From: Terriglobales bacterium
GTDB taxonomy: Bacteria > Acidobacteriota > Terriglobia > Terriglobales > Acidobacteriaceae
DNA: 64,000 bases
Reading direction: 5' to 3'
Assembly (NCBI GenBank): GCA_035624455.1
Contig: DASPRM010000102.1
Coordinates: 116 to 64,115 of the forward strand
The notes under the pieces are model-generated. The model was not told the origin of the DNA and made no database searches. It worked only from the letters and a program-made list of their open reading frames with translations. A program made the position numbers and the translations under genes. Of the stretch, positions 1 through 9,491 are shown in pieces (within the stretch, counting starts at the first letter, position 1; every line of letters starts with the position of its first letter).

Positions 1-176
1 AAAGAGGAACTGGGGCCACCATGGCTGCAGGCCAGCCTCTTCCGCTTCGGTGCGAGCGGCATGCTGGCCGATATCGAGCGCCAGTTGGAATATTTCGCCA
101 CCGGAAGATACTCGGCGGATTATCGGCACCCCATCGCATAGGACTCATTACCGCTGAGAGGATCGAGCGCACACGC

Positions 177-2561
177 ATGAGTATTGTCGAAAAATTTCTA
201 GGCATGGAATACGGGCCGGCGCTGGAGGATCCGCGGGAGGCGCTGGTCTGGCTCGACCGCCACGGGCGCCGCTTCGGACATTTCATCAATGGCGAATGGC
301 GCCAGCCCGCAGCTGGCGAATTCTTCGACACAACTGATCCTTCCACTGGCGAGAAACTGGCATCCGTCGCACAGGGTTCGGCTGAGGACATCGATGCAGC
401 CGTTCAATCAGCCCGAACAGCGCTGGCCTCATGGCAGGCTCTTACTCCTCATGCGCGCGCCCGCTATCTGTATGCCCTGGCACGCCAGGTGCAAAAGCAT
501 TCGCGGCGATTGGCAGTGCTGGAGACCCTGGATAATGGCAAGCCCATCCGCGAAAGCCGGGACATCGATATTCCTCTCGTGGCACGACATTTCTATTACC
601 ACGCCGGGTGGGCACAGCTGCTCGATCAGGAGTTTCCCGGCTACGCGGCTTGCGGTGTCGTAGGACAGATTATTCCCTGGAATTTCCCGCTATTGATGCT
701 GGCCTGGAAGATTGCCCCTGCCCTGGCCACCGGCAACACGGTGATCCTCAAGCCGGCAGAGTTCACTCCTCTTACGGCACTGGCATTTGCAGATATTTGT
801 CAGGAGATCGGGCTGCCAGGGGGCGTGGTGAACATCGTGACTGGCGATGGCCGCACGGGCGAAGTCCTCGTGAAGCACCCCGATGTGGACAAGATCGCGT
901 TCACCGGATCCACCGAAGTCGGGCGCGCCATTCGCAAAGCCACTGCCGCCAGTCACAAGCGGCTGTCTCTGGAATTGGGCGGTAAATCGCCATTCATCAT
1001 CTTCGAGGATGCTGACCTCGACAGCGCCGTCGAGGGCTTGGTCGACGGAATCTGGTTCAACCAGGGTCAGGTTTGTTGTGCGGGTTCGCGCCTGCTGGTG
1101 CAGGAGAGCGTGGCCGAAGCGCTGATTGGCAAGGTCCGCGATCGCATGGAAACCCTGCGCATCGGCCCACCGCTGGATAAAGCCATCGACATTGGCGCCA
1201 TCATCGCTCCCGTGCAACTGGAGCGTATTCGCCGGCTCGTGGATCAAGGTGTGGCAGAGGGAGCTACGTGCTGGCAGCCCTCAACCCCTCTTCCTTCTCG
1301 GGGTCTATTCTTCCCGCCCACGCTGTTGAGCAACGTGCAGCCCACTTCGGTAGTTGCCCAGGAAGAGATCTTCGGTCCGGTGCTGACGTCCATGACCTTC
1401 CGCACTCCGCGTGAGGCCGTGGAACTGGCTAACAATACCGCATACGGCCTGGCCGCCTGCGTCTGGAGCGAAAGCATCAATGTTGCTCTGCATGTGTCGG
1501 CGCAGTTGAAGGCGGGCGTCGTGTGGGTGAACAGCACCAATCTCTTCGACGCCTCATGCGGGTTCGGGGGATATCGCGAAAGCGGCTACGGACGGGAAGG
1601 TGGACGAGAAGGTCTGCTGGAATATTTGGAACCGACATGGTTCAAGCAGGCGCCGCCACTTCGACAACCCGCAGCCGCGGTGGATCTCTTGCCCGATGGC
1701 GAGGCGGATATCGCTGCTCCCGCCATCGACCACACGGTGAAGCTGTACATCGGCGGAAAACAGGCGCGGCCTGATTCCGGCTACACCATCGAGGTGCGGG
1801 GAGCCGACGGCCGTCTGCTGGGCGAGGCGCCACTCGGAAACCGCAAGGACATTCGCAATGCCGTGGAAGCCGCCCGTAAGGCGGACGCGTGGAGCCGTAC
1901 TACAGCCCACAACCGCGCGCAGGTTCTCTACTACATGGCGGAAAATCTGTCGCAGCGTGGCAAAGAGATTAGCGACCGCCTCGCTTCGGTCGTGGGCAAA
2001 GAGCAAGCCGCCGCCGAGGTCCAACTCAGTATCGAACGCATTTTCTCCTACGCCGCATGGGCAGATAAATTCGAGGGAACGGTACACGACCCGCCACTTC
2101 GAAACGTCACCCTTGCCATGCACGAACCGATTGGGACCGTTGGCATCGTCTGTCCAACTGAGACGCCCTTGCTTGGATTCGTCTCCCTCGTGATGCCCGT
2201 CCTTGCTGTCGGAAACACGGTGATCGCGGTTCCCTCTGAGCTCTATCCCTTGATTACCGGTGATCTCTATCAACTCTTCGATACCAGCGATTTGCCTCCT
2301 GGCGCGGTGAACATGGTCACCGGCCGCTCCCCTGAACTGATGAAGGTGCTCGCCGAGCATGACGACGTGGACGCCATCTGGTGCTTTGGAAACGAAGCCA
2401 ATGCAACTATGGTCAAAGCGCTCTCCATCGGCAACTTGAAGCAGGTATTCACGAACGAGGGGCGGGCCATCGATTGGTTTGACTCCAGGCAGGGTGAAGG
2501 TCGCTGGTTCCTGCAGCACGCAACCCAGATCAAAAACATCTGGGTCCCTTACGGCGAGTAA
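177..2561 (+). CDS. Aldehyde dehydrogenase family protein. An N-terminal catalytic ALDH domain (Cys in VCCAGSR, Glu in ELGGKSP) is fused to a second ALDH-like domain that lacks the catalytic residues.
   Basis: The ORF runs 21..2561. The likely start is ATG at 177 (MSIVEKF), preceded by GAGAGGA. The ALDH motifs GSTEVG, ELGGKSP and NQGQVCCAGSR are in the first half. The second half (about residues 560-846) is ALDH-like but has no Cys/Glu pair. Confidence 0.8.
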   Translation: MSIVEKFLGMEYGPALEDPREALVWLDRHGRRFGHFINGEWRQPAAGEFFDTTDPSTGEKLASVAQGSAEDIDAAVQSARTALASWQALTPHARARYLYALARQVQKHSRRLAVLETLDNGKPIRESRDIDIPLVARHFYYHAGWAQLLDQEFPGYAACGVVGQIIPWNFPLLMLAWKIAPALATGNTVILKPAEFTPLTALAFADICQEIGLPGGVVNIVTGDGRTGEVLVKHPDVDKIAFTGSTEVGRAIRKATAASHKRLSLELGGKSPFIIFEDADLDSAVEGLVDGIWFNQGQVCCAGSRLLVQESVAEALIGKVRDRMETLRIGPPLDKAIDIGAIIAPVQLERIRRLVDQGVAEGATCWQPSTPLPSRGLFFPPTLLSNVQPTSVVAQEEIFGPVLTSMTFRTPREAVELANNTAYGLAACVWSESINVALHVSAQLKAGVVWVNSTNLFDASCGFGGYRESGYGREGGREGLLEYLEPTWFKQAPPLRQPAAAVDLLPDGEADIAAPAIDHTVKLYIGGKQARPDSGYTIEVRGADGRLLGEAPLGNRKDIRNAVEAARKADAWSRTTAHNRAQVLYYMAENLSQRGKEISDRLASVVGKEQAAAEVQLSIERIFSYAAWADKFEGTVHDPPLRNVTLAMHEPIGTVGIVCPTETPLLGFVSLVMPVLAVGNTVIAVPSELYPLITGDLYQLFDTSDLPPGAVNMVTGRSPELMKVLAEHDDVDAIWCFGNEANATMVKALSIGNLKQVFTNEGRAIDWFDSRQGEGRWFLQHATQIKNIWVPYGE

Positions 2562-2588
2562 GAATTCGATTCCAACAGAGCGGCGGAG

Positions 2589-2849
2589 TCAGGCAGCAGG
2601 CCGGGAATCATTGGAACCGGCTACCGCGGGAGTCGCTGCTTTTCCCAACTGGGTCGGCTGCCCTACAACATGCGCTCGCGGGATCTGGAACACTCTTGGC
2701 AGATAAAAACGCTTGTAGCACGCATGGCAGCGTACCGCCTGAAGATAAGTGGCCTGCAGGAAAGCTCGTTCCACCGCATTCTTAATGCGCGAGCTGTAGA
2801 GCTGCTCGGATGTTTGGCAGCGGGGGCAGACGTCGCTAAAGCTCAGCAT
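2589..2849 (-). CDS. Putative small zinc-ribbon protein (86 aa) with a CPRC...CHAC pair of cysteine dyads, downstream of the ECF sigma gene
   Basis: ATG at 2849 is preceded by GAGGTG at 4-5 nt spacing. The Cys motif is CPRC-x27-CHAC. It lies 290 bp downstream of the sigma gene on the same strand and could be spurious. Confidence 0.25.
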   Translation of the reverse strand: MLSFSDVCPRCQTSEQLYSSRIKNAVERAFLQATYLQAVRCHACYKRFYLPRVFQIPRAHVVGQPTQLGKAATPAVAGSNDSRPAA

Positions 2850-3139
2850 ATGTCACCTCAGAGCTGTCGCTGTGCCAGGTGGAATCGAGCGCGCCAAAAG
2901 GAAAGCTATTTTACCGTCCAATGGATGGCAGGCTTCGCTCCTCCGTTGCCTAAAGATGCAACAGCTGCCCAAGAAATGCAACGAAAGAACCACGAATCCG
3001 CTAAGCATACTTGCTTCAGACTGTCGCCCAAAAACCTGTTAACCCTGTGAAGGCACAAGCTTTCGCTGCGATTTGCCTACGTGGGTACGCACTAGGACAT
3101 GTCCCATATTTTCGTCTTTCTAACGCCTCACAGCGCAAG

Positions 3140-3805
3140 TTAGCGCAGCGGCGCCAGATCGGCGCGTAACTTCTGGGTGGCGCGGAATAGAGTGCTCTTA
3201 ATGGTGTTTTCTGTTGTGTGCAGGATGGCAGCGACAGTCTGCAATCGCATCCCGTGGTAGTGCTTCAGTTCGAAAACCATGCGCTCCTTGGGCGAAAGCT
3301 TTCGCAATGCCCGGTTTATCATCAACTGTAGTTCGCGGCTGAGCGCCGCTCGTTCGGGACTGCCGCTGGCGCGCTGATCAGGTATCCGGTCCAGAACACT
3401 GCGCTCTTCGGCTTCGCCATTGACCTCGGTCGTTACCTCGCGCATCCGAAAACGATTCTTGCGGAGGTGGTCGAGGCACAGATTAGTCACAATACGGTAC
3501 ATCCACGTGTAAAACGAGCAGTCGAAGCGGAAGGTGCCGAGATTGCGATAAGCACGCAGAAAGGCGTCCTGGTAGATGTCCTGGGCATCCTGTAGGGATC
3601 CAGTCAAATGCGTAGCCAGGCGGAGGACAGCCTGATCATAGCGGCGAATGAGCTCTTCAAAGGCAGTCTTGTCCCCCTGTTGCGCCTGGCGGGCCAGCGT
3701 ATTCTCATCCAGTGCGAGGGAGACGGTGCTTTCGGCCGGCGCGCCGCAAAAGGCAAGCACCACGCCGCTGTCGAGAGGTCCCCGAATTTTGGCTACCCCT
3801 GCCAT
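3140..3805 (-). CDS. RNA polymerase sigma-70 factor, ECF subfamily
   Basis: Sigma70 region 2 and region 4 signatures are present (FEELIRRYDQAVLRLA, YTWMYRIVTNLCLDHLRK, LSPKERMVFELKHYHGMRLQTVAAIL). The start is ATG at 3805. Confidence 0.85.
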   Translation of the reverse strand: MAGVAKIRGPLDSGVVLAFCGAPAESTVSLALDENTLARQAQQGDKTAFEELIRRYDQAVLRLATHLTGSLQDAQDIYQDAFLRAYRNLGTFRFDCSFYTWMYRIVTNLCLDHLRKNRFRMREVTTEVNGEAEERSVLDRIPDQRASGSPERAALSRELQLMINRALRKLSPKERMVFELKHYHGMRLQTVAAILHTTENTIKSTLFRATQKLRADLAPLR

Positions 3806-3819
3806 GGTTTTGTAGCGCG

Positions 3820-4710
3820 CTACACTCCATCCTCAAATTGCCGCCGTAAGACTAGTAGTCCCATATCGTCTTCGTGCTGATTGCTGGCAAAATCTGCCGC
3901 CGCTCCGAGCACGGAAAAAAGCATCGCGCGAGCTGACCGCTCTTGGCACTTTTTGGCAGCCGTCACCAGTCGCTCGGCCCCGAACTCAACACCGGATTGG
4001 TTGCGGCATTCCACGACCCCGTCGGAGTAAGCGAGCAGAGAATCTCCTGGTTCGAGCGTGACCTCTCCCCGCGAAAAGCGAGCCCGAGGAACGACACCCA
4101 TAACCGGTCCTCCCTCCTGGAGCCGTTCCACCGTTCCATCGTGTCGCAGAACTTGAGCTGCCGGATGCCCGGCGTTGCAGTACACGAGTCTTCCGGTCTC
4201 GCGATTTAGTCTCGCGAGAAATAGCGTCGTTAGTGGTGGGGCGGACTGCAGCTTGCAAAGGTCGCGATTGATCGCGCTCACAGCCAATGCAGGCTGTTTT
4301 CCCTTCAGAACCTGCAGACGAATCGCTGCCAGTAGATGGGTAAACCACATTGCGGCATGAAGACCCTTGCCCTCGATGTCGCCAATGGCAAAGACTAACT
4401 CCGCTCCGTGCTCACAGCTGCTGATGAAGTCCCCGGAAAGATGGCGGACGGGAAAGATCTCGCCGGCAAACTCAAATGGAGAGCGCACGATATGCCCCGG
4501 GCCGCACAGCCGTCTTTGCATTTGGGCGGCCTCGAAGAAGTTGCGCTGCAACTCGTCGTGTCGGCGACGCAGTTCAGCAATCTGCTCTTCAAGGACATGG
4601 TTCTTGCGAATCATCTGGGCCAAGGAAGTGCGCTGCGGGCGCCGCCCAGATCCTACAGAACAGACCAGCTCCGTCCTGCTTCGGCGATTGACTGTTTTCG
4701 TGCTCGGCAC
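3820..4710 (-). CDS. SpoIIE/RsbU-type PP2C serine phosphatase with an N-terminal coiled-coil
   Basis: PP2C motifs GDFIS, GDIEGKG, NAGH and SDGVVE are present. The start at 4710 is GTG, 16 bp after the response-regulator stop, and is uncertain. An internal ATG (MIRKNHV) is an alternative. Confidence 0.75.
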   Translation of the reverse strand: MPSTKTVNRRSRTELVCSVGSGRRPQRTSLAQMIRKNHVLEEQIAELRRRHDELQRNFFEAAQMQRRLCGPGHIVRSPFEFAGEIFPVRHLSGDFISSCEHGAELVFAIGDIEGKGLHAAMWFTHLLAAIRLQVLKGKQPALAVSAINRDLCKLQSAPPLTTLFLARLNRETGRLVYCNAGHPAAQVLRHDGTVERLQEGGPVMGVVPRARFSRGEVTLEPGDSLLAYSDGVVECRNQSGVEFGAERLVTAAKKCQERSARAMLFSVLGAAADFASNQHEDDMGLLVLRRQFEDGV

Positions 4711-4725
4711 TGTAGTCTCTCCCGG

Positions 4726-5406
4726 TTAGCCGACAAACTTGTAACCAACCCCGTGAACCGTCAGGATGAAGTGCGGATCCTCTGGTTTGGGTTCCAGCTT
4801 CTGCCGCAGCCGGACGATGTGAGCATCCACCGTTCGTGTGGTGGGGAAGCGCTCATACCCCCAAACATCTTCCAGCAGGCGATCGCGGCTGATCGCTTCC
4901 CCTGAGTGGGAAATGAAGTACTTCAGCAGCTCGAATTCTTTGGATGAAATCTCCAACTGCTTGCCCTTGCGCGAGACCTGGCAACTGCGCAGGTTCACCT
5001 CCACATCACCAAAGTTGTATCGATCCGCGTCCTTGGGATGGCCCTGAGCGCGGCGCAGCACGGCTTTCACACGGGCAAGCAGCTCGCGAATGGAGAACGG
5101 CTTGGTCACATAGTCATCGGCGCCCAATTCCAGACCAACTACCTTGTCGACCTCCTGCCCGCGCGCCGTCAGCATAATGATGGGAAGCGATGGACGTTTC
5201 GCCTTCAATTGCTTGCAAACGTCCAGGCCGCTCATGCGCGGCATCATCACGTCAAGAATCACCAGATCGGGCGACTCGCTAAGTGCTCTTTCTAATCCCG
5301 CTACACCATCGTTGGCAGTGGCCACCTCGTAGCCTTCGTATTCGAAGTTGTCACGCAGTCCGGCCACCATGCCGGGCTCATCTTCCACAATCAGGATCTT
5401 GGTCAT
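4726..5406 (-). CDS. OmpR/PhoB-family response regulator (receiver plus winged-helix DNA-binding domain)
   Basis: Receiver motifs: MTKILIVEDE, D in LVILDVMMP, LTARG, K in VTKPF. The winged helix is at the C-terminus (ISRDRLL..VWG...RTVDAHIVRLRQKL). The start ATG at 5406 has GGGAGA 7 nt upstream. The ORF track's 5421 start is an unsupported TTG. Confidence 0.9.
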   Translation of the reverse strand: MTKILIVEDEPGMVAGLRDNFEYEGYEVATANDGVAGLERALSESPDLVILDVMMPRMSGLDVCKQLKAKRPSLPIIMLTARGQEVDKVVGLELGADDYVTKPFSIRELLARVKAVLRRAQGHPKDADRYNFGDVEVNLRSCQVSRKGKQLEISSKEFELLKYFISHSGEAISRDRLLEDVWGYERFPTTRTVDAHIVRLRQKLEPKPEDPHFILTVHGVGYKFVG

Positions 5407-5448
5407 CCTCAGTTCTCCCAAAAGCGACTGCGGTACTGACTGCGGTGC

Positions 5449-7119
5449 TTATGCCGATGCCGATTGCACTCCATTGGGCTCAACCGGCAATGCGATGGTG
5501 AATTTGCTTCCCTGCCCCGGTGCACTGTCCACGGAAACCTCGCCCCCATGTGCGTGCACGATGTGTCGAACCAGCGAGAGCCCCAGCCCGCTGCCCTTGG
5601 TGTTGTGAACCAGCGGATCGCCAACCCGGTAAAACTTTTCGAAAATCTTGCCCTGTTCGGTGCGCGGAATACCGATTCCGTGATCGATTACTTCCAACTT
5701 CACCGAGCCGTTTTCCCGATACAGGTTTACGCCAATATATTTCCGGTCCTGCGAATATTTCAGAGCGTTATTGACCAGGTTTACGAGCGAACGCGCCATG
5801 GCCTCGCGATCGATGCGCATTGGCGGTACCGGCTCGATCTTCTCTTCGAAGATGAAACCATTCTGCTCGATCTGGTAGCGGTACGATTCCAGTGTGTTCT
5901 TCACCAGTTCCCGCAGGTCGGTCTCGCGAAACTCGTACTCTTTGCGTCCCGCCTCGATACGTGAAAAGTCCAGGATATTGTTGATGAGGGCAGTCAGCCG
6001 TTCACTCTCCTTGCGGATAATCTGGTAATACTCCTGGTATTTCCTGGGATCCGTGAGGCGGCCCAGCTCCAGCGTTTCCGCGTACAAACGGATCAGCGAA
6101 AGCGGGGTTCTCAGCTCGTGTGAAACATTGGAAACGAAATCGGACTTCAGTCGTGCCAGGGCGATTTCCTTGCTCACATTGCGATAGGTCAGCACGACTC
6201 CTCCGGCCATCAAAAGCGACAGGCAGCCCAGAATCAGGAAGCTGGTGTGCATGAATTTTTCACTCATGGCCTTCAAGGTTGTGCCGCGCAATTTCATGCC
6301 TAGAGTGAGGCCCGGAAAAGCGGCTTCCATATTGCGTTCCGTCTCGGGCGTACCACCGTCCCATCCCGCTGTTGTCGCCAGGGGAGTGGATTCATTCTTG
6401 GGGTGCACGATCATGACCGCGGCCTTTTTCTCCCCCGATTCCACATTGCGGTTCATTTCTGCTTCCAGCGCCTCCGGGAAGAACTCATCGCGCAGATACT
6501 CGGCGTCAAACACCATGCCGGCGATCGCCTTTTCACCACTTTCTTCGTCTCGCACGAGGAACATAGGGATGGATTGATATAAATGTTTCTCGCCCCGCGG
6601 AGCCCAGTAGTATTCGGAAACGTACGGTTGAAGTTTCTCTTTCTCCTTCTTCTGCTTAGCTTCCAACTTCTTGCTGAAATCCTCAAAGTCGACTTTCAGC
6701 CAGGTGGCGAACATCTTGGTAAGGCCTTCGGACTCAGCACGAAAATCCGCTTCCTTAAGACGCCGAGGCTGAGAACGGAGCCTGATACCTCCCTGCGGGT
6801 CATAAATGAACACATGCGCGGCATACGGGTGAGAGGCCAGAATCTTGTCCAGTTTGGCTTCGCAAGTTTCGTCGGGCGCGGGAAAGTCCTCGCGCACATC
6901 ATCCGCTAAGGCGAACGCTTTTTGGTTGATGTGCTTCTCGGAAATGGCCAGCACCTCGCTGAAATCTCGCTGCAGCAGCGCCTCAATCGCGCGATCGCGC
7001 TGAATCGTCCTCAAGTGCAGCACGGCGACGACGATCAGCGCGGCTGCCGGCAATACGATGGCGAGCTCCAGCGTCAGCATCAACCGGGTTCGCTCATTCC
7101 ATCGCGGTTTCGTCTTCAT
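5449..7119 (-). CDS. Sensor histidine kinase (two TM segments, HisKA, HATPase_c)
   Basis: The H-box is VSHELRTPL. The N, G1 and G2 boxes are NLVNNALKYS, IDHGIGIP and GSGLGLSLV. The start ATG at 7119 (MKTKPRW) has GGAGAAG upstream. It lies 42 bp upstream of the response regulator. Confidence 0.9.
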   Translation of the reverse strand: MKTKPRWNERTRLMLTLELAIVLPAAALIVVAVLHLRTIQRDRAIEALLQRDFSEVLAISEKHINQKAFALADDVREDFPAPDETCEAKLDKILASHPYAAHVFIYDPQGGIRLRSQPRRLKEADFRAESEGLTKMFATWLKVDFEDFSKKLEAKQKKEKEKLQPYVSEYYWAPRGEKHLYQSIPMFLVRDEESGEKAIAGMVFDAEYLRDEFFPEALEAEMNRNVESGEKKAAVMIVHPKNESTPLATTAGWDGGTPETERNMEAAFPGLTLGMKLRGTTLKAMSEKFMHTSFLILGCLSLLMAGGVVLTYRNVSKEIALARLKSDFVSNVSHELRTPLSLIRLYAETLELGRLTDPRKYQEYYQIIRKESERLTALINNILDFSRIEAGRKEYEFRETDLRELVKNTLESYRYQIEQNGFIFEEKIEPVPPMRIDREAMARSLVNLVNNALKYSQDRKYIGVNLYRENGSVKLEVIDHGIGIPRTEQGKIFEKFYRVGDPLVHNTKGSGLGLSLVRHIVHAHGGEVSVDSAPGQGSKFTIALPVEPNGVQSASA

Positions 7120-7245
7120 ATCTTCTCCGGGGGCCCCAAGCACTTCGATGGTACGGCATGCAACATACCCCACCCAGCCATGGCATGTGTGAAGTTGAAG
7201 TAAAGAAAAGTAAAAAGTTGTGAAATCGTTTTGGAGCGGACGCGA

Positions 7246-8181
7246 TCAGGGCTGGGCGGGGGTAACCGCGGGTTCACCGTAGACTTCGCGCAAAATCTCT
7301 CCCCCGCCGCGGCGCAGTAACTGTTGGCCGACCTCCCTACCCAGCAATTGCGGATCGCTTCCGGTGCGGACTTCGCGCAGGACAGTGGACCCGTCCGGCC
7401 GCGCCACCACACCCGTCAGCTGAATCTTCCCATCAACAACTTCAGCAAAGGCGCCAATCGGTACCTGGCAACCCCCGCCGAGCTCGTTCAATAAAGCTCG
7501 CTCGCAAGCAGCGGCTTTTGCCGTCGGAGGATCATTCAGAAATTCAACTTCTCGGCGGGTCTTCTCATCACGTGACCGGATCTCTATCCCCAGGGCGCCC
7601 TGTCCGGCGGCTGGACACATCATGTCGGCTGTGAGGATCTGGCGTATCAACTCCGTGCGGCCTAGGCGATTGAGCCCCGCGGAAGCCAGAATAATTGCGT
7701 CATATTCGCCATCGTCCAGCTTGCGCAGACGCGTATCGACATTTCCGCGAAGAGGAAAAACGGCGAGATCAGGACGAAGCGCTTTGAGCTGAGCCTGTCG
7801 GCGCAGGCTGCTGGTCCCTATGCGAGCGCCCTGCGGCAGTTCCTCGATGCACTGAAAGCGGCGCGAAAGAAAAGCATCGAGCGGATTCTGGCGCTCCGTG
7901 ATGGCTGCGATCTCGAACTCAGGGGCAAGCTCTGTGGGCAGGTCCTTAAGGCTGTGCACGGCAAGGTCGATTCGGTCCTCGATCAACGCCTCTTCGATTT
8001 CCTTGGTAAACATCCCCTTCGTGCCCACCTTGGCCAAGGCCACGTCTGTGATTTTGTCACCCGTGGTCTTGATGATTTCCAATTCCACCTGATGACCGCG
8101 CGCGCGCAACAGGGCGGCGATGTGGTTGGCCTGCCACAGGGCGAGTTGGGAACCACGGGATCCGATTCGCAGCAGGGTCAT
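7246..8181 (-). CDS. hemC: Hydroxymethylbilane synthase (porphobilinogen deaminase)
   Basis: The N-terminus [13 protein letters not shown] is conserved and the gene is HemC-length. Its start overlaps the hemA stop by 1 nt (TGATG). Confidence 0.9.
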   Translation of the reverse strand: MTLLRIGSRGSQLALWQANHIAALLRARGHQVELEIIKTTGDKITDVALAKVGTKGMFTKEIEEALIEDRIDLAVHSLKDLPTELAPEFEIAAITERQNPLDAFLSRRFQCIEELPQGARIGTSSLRRQAQLKALRPDLAVFPLRGNVDTRLRKLDDGEYDAIILASAGLNRLGRTELIRQILTADMMCPAAGQGALGIEIRSRDEKTRREVEFLNDPPTAKAAACERALLNELGGGCQVPIGAFAEVVDGKIQLTGVVARPDGSTVLREVRTGSDPQLLGREVGQQLLRRGGGEILREVYGEPAVTPAQP

Positions 8182-9491
8182 CAGGAAACGGCTCCGTCGC
8201 TGCCAGCGGAGTCTGATTTGGAATTCTTGCGGCTCTTGTCGGAGAGATTAAAAAGGCGCCGCATGACCTCTACGACGGTAGTGGCTTCGGGCTGGCGGGC
8301 GGCGCTCTTCAGGTTGGTGATGGGCGTGTGCATGATCTTGTTGACCATGCCACGCGTCAGGGCATCGATCGCCACTTCCTGCTCGGGAGTGAGTGTGCCC
8401 AGGCGGCTGCGGAAGCGTTCGATCTCGGCTTGCCGAATATCGTCGAGATACTCCTGCAGCGAAAGGATCGTAGGCACCACATCCAGAGTGCGCAAGCGCT
8501 CACTGAAGCGCTCGACCTCCAGGGCCACGATGTCTTCCGCCTTGAGCGCCTCGCGCTTGCGGTCCGAGATGTGGCTGGAAACTACCTGCTGAAGATCGTC
8601 GATATCATAAACGAAGATTCCATCGACATCGTTGAGCGTGGGATCCACATCGCGAGGAACCGCGATATCGATAAAGAACATCGGACGGTTCCGGCGGCGA
8701 GCCATAAAGGCCTCCCCGTGCTCACGGCGGAAGATGGCGTGAGGCGCCCCGGTGGAGGTGATCACGATGTCAGCTTTGTCACAAGTATCGTACAGATCAC
8801 TGAATTGCAGCGCCTGGCCATCGAACCTGCGCGCCATCTCCAGCGCTCGTTCGTGCGTCCGGTTGACGACATAGATGGTTGCTATCCCGCTAGCCAGCAG
8901 ATGCCGGGCTGCAAGCTCGCACATCTTGCCAGCCCCCACCAGGTATACGCTCTTCCCCTTCAGGTCGCCGAATATCTTCTTAGCTAGTTCCACCGCCACG
9001 GAAGCCACGGACACGGCGGAAGAGGCAATTGCGGTCTCGTTGCGCACTTTCTTGGCAACCGCAAACGAGCGGGTGAGAAGAGCATCCAGCTGCGAGTGCA
9101 CAGCGCCGACTGCCCGGGCGATGGCATAGGCTTCCTTCACCTGGCCCAGGATTTGGGGCTCACCCACGACCATCGAATCAAGGCTGGAGGTGACGCGGAA
9201 GAGATGCTTGATAGCCTCCTTCTCACGAAATTCGTAGAGATAAGGTTCAAACTCGGCATGTGGCAGCTTGAAATAATCGGCAACAAAACCCCGCAGGTCA
9301 GCGGCGCCGTTTTGCAGCCCGGCCAGAACCTCAACCCGGTTGCAGGTAGAGAGAATTATTCCTTCTTCGACCCCGGGATAGTGCAGCAGATGTTGCAGAG
9401 CGTCCGGCAGTCGGGACTCGGAGACCGCGAAGCGTTCCCGAATCTCCACGGGCGCGCTTCGATGGTTCACTCCGATGAGCTGCACGTTCAT
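8181..9491 (-). CDS. hemA: Glutamyl-tRNA reductase
   Basis: [22 protein letters not shown] is the HemA N-terminus, and the NAD-binding [13 protein letters not shown] is present. The start is taken at the internal ATG 9491, overlapping the upstream gene's stop in ATGA; the ORF track extends further. Confidence 0.9.
   Translation of the reverse strand: MNVQLIGVNHRSAPVEIRERFAVSESRLPDALQHLLHYPGVEEGIILSTCNRVEVLAGLQNGAADLRGFVADYFKLPHAEFEPYLYEFREKEAIKHLFRVTSSLDSMVVGEPQILGQVKEAYAIARAVGAVHSQLDALLTRSFAVAKKVRNETAIASSAVSVASVAVELAKKIFGDLKGKSVYLVGAGKMCELAARHLLASGIATIYVVNRTHERALEMARRFDGQALQFSDLYDTCDKADIVITSTGAPHAIFRREHGEAFMARRRNRPMFFIDIAVPRDVDPTLNDVDGIFVYDIDDLQQVVSSHISDRKREALKAEDIVALEVERFSERLRTLDVVPTILSLQEYLDDIRQAEIERFRSRLGTLTPEQEVAIDALTRGMVNKIMHTPITNLKSAARQPEATTVVEVMRRLFNLSDKSRKNSKSDSAGSDGAVS

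Noticed and set aside
1554-2519. 321-aa minus-strand ORF inside the aldehyde dehydrogenase gene
   Set aside because: It is antisense to a well-supported ALDH coding region. The product is low-complexity and Arg/Gly-rich, which is typical of spurious antisense ORFs in high-GC DNA.
5464-5964. Plus-strand ORFs antisense to the histidine kinase gene (5464..5964, 5520..5774)
   Set aside because: They lie inside a kinase gene with clear H, N and G boxes on the minus strand, and there is no start context.
7954-8987. Plus-strand ORFs 7954..8592 and 8328..8987 across hemC/hemA
   Set aside because: They are antisense to the conserved hemA and hemC genes and have Arg-rich low-complexity products.
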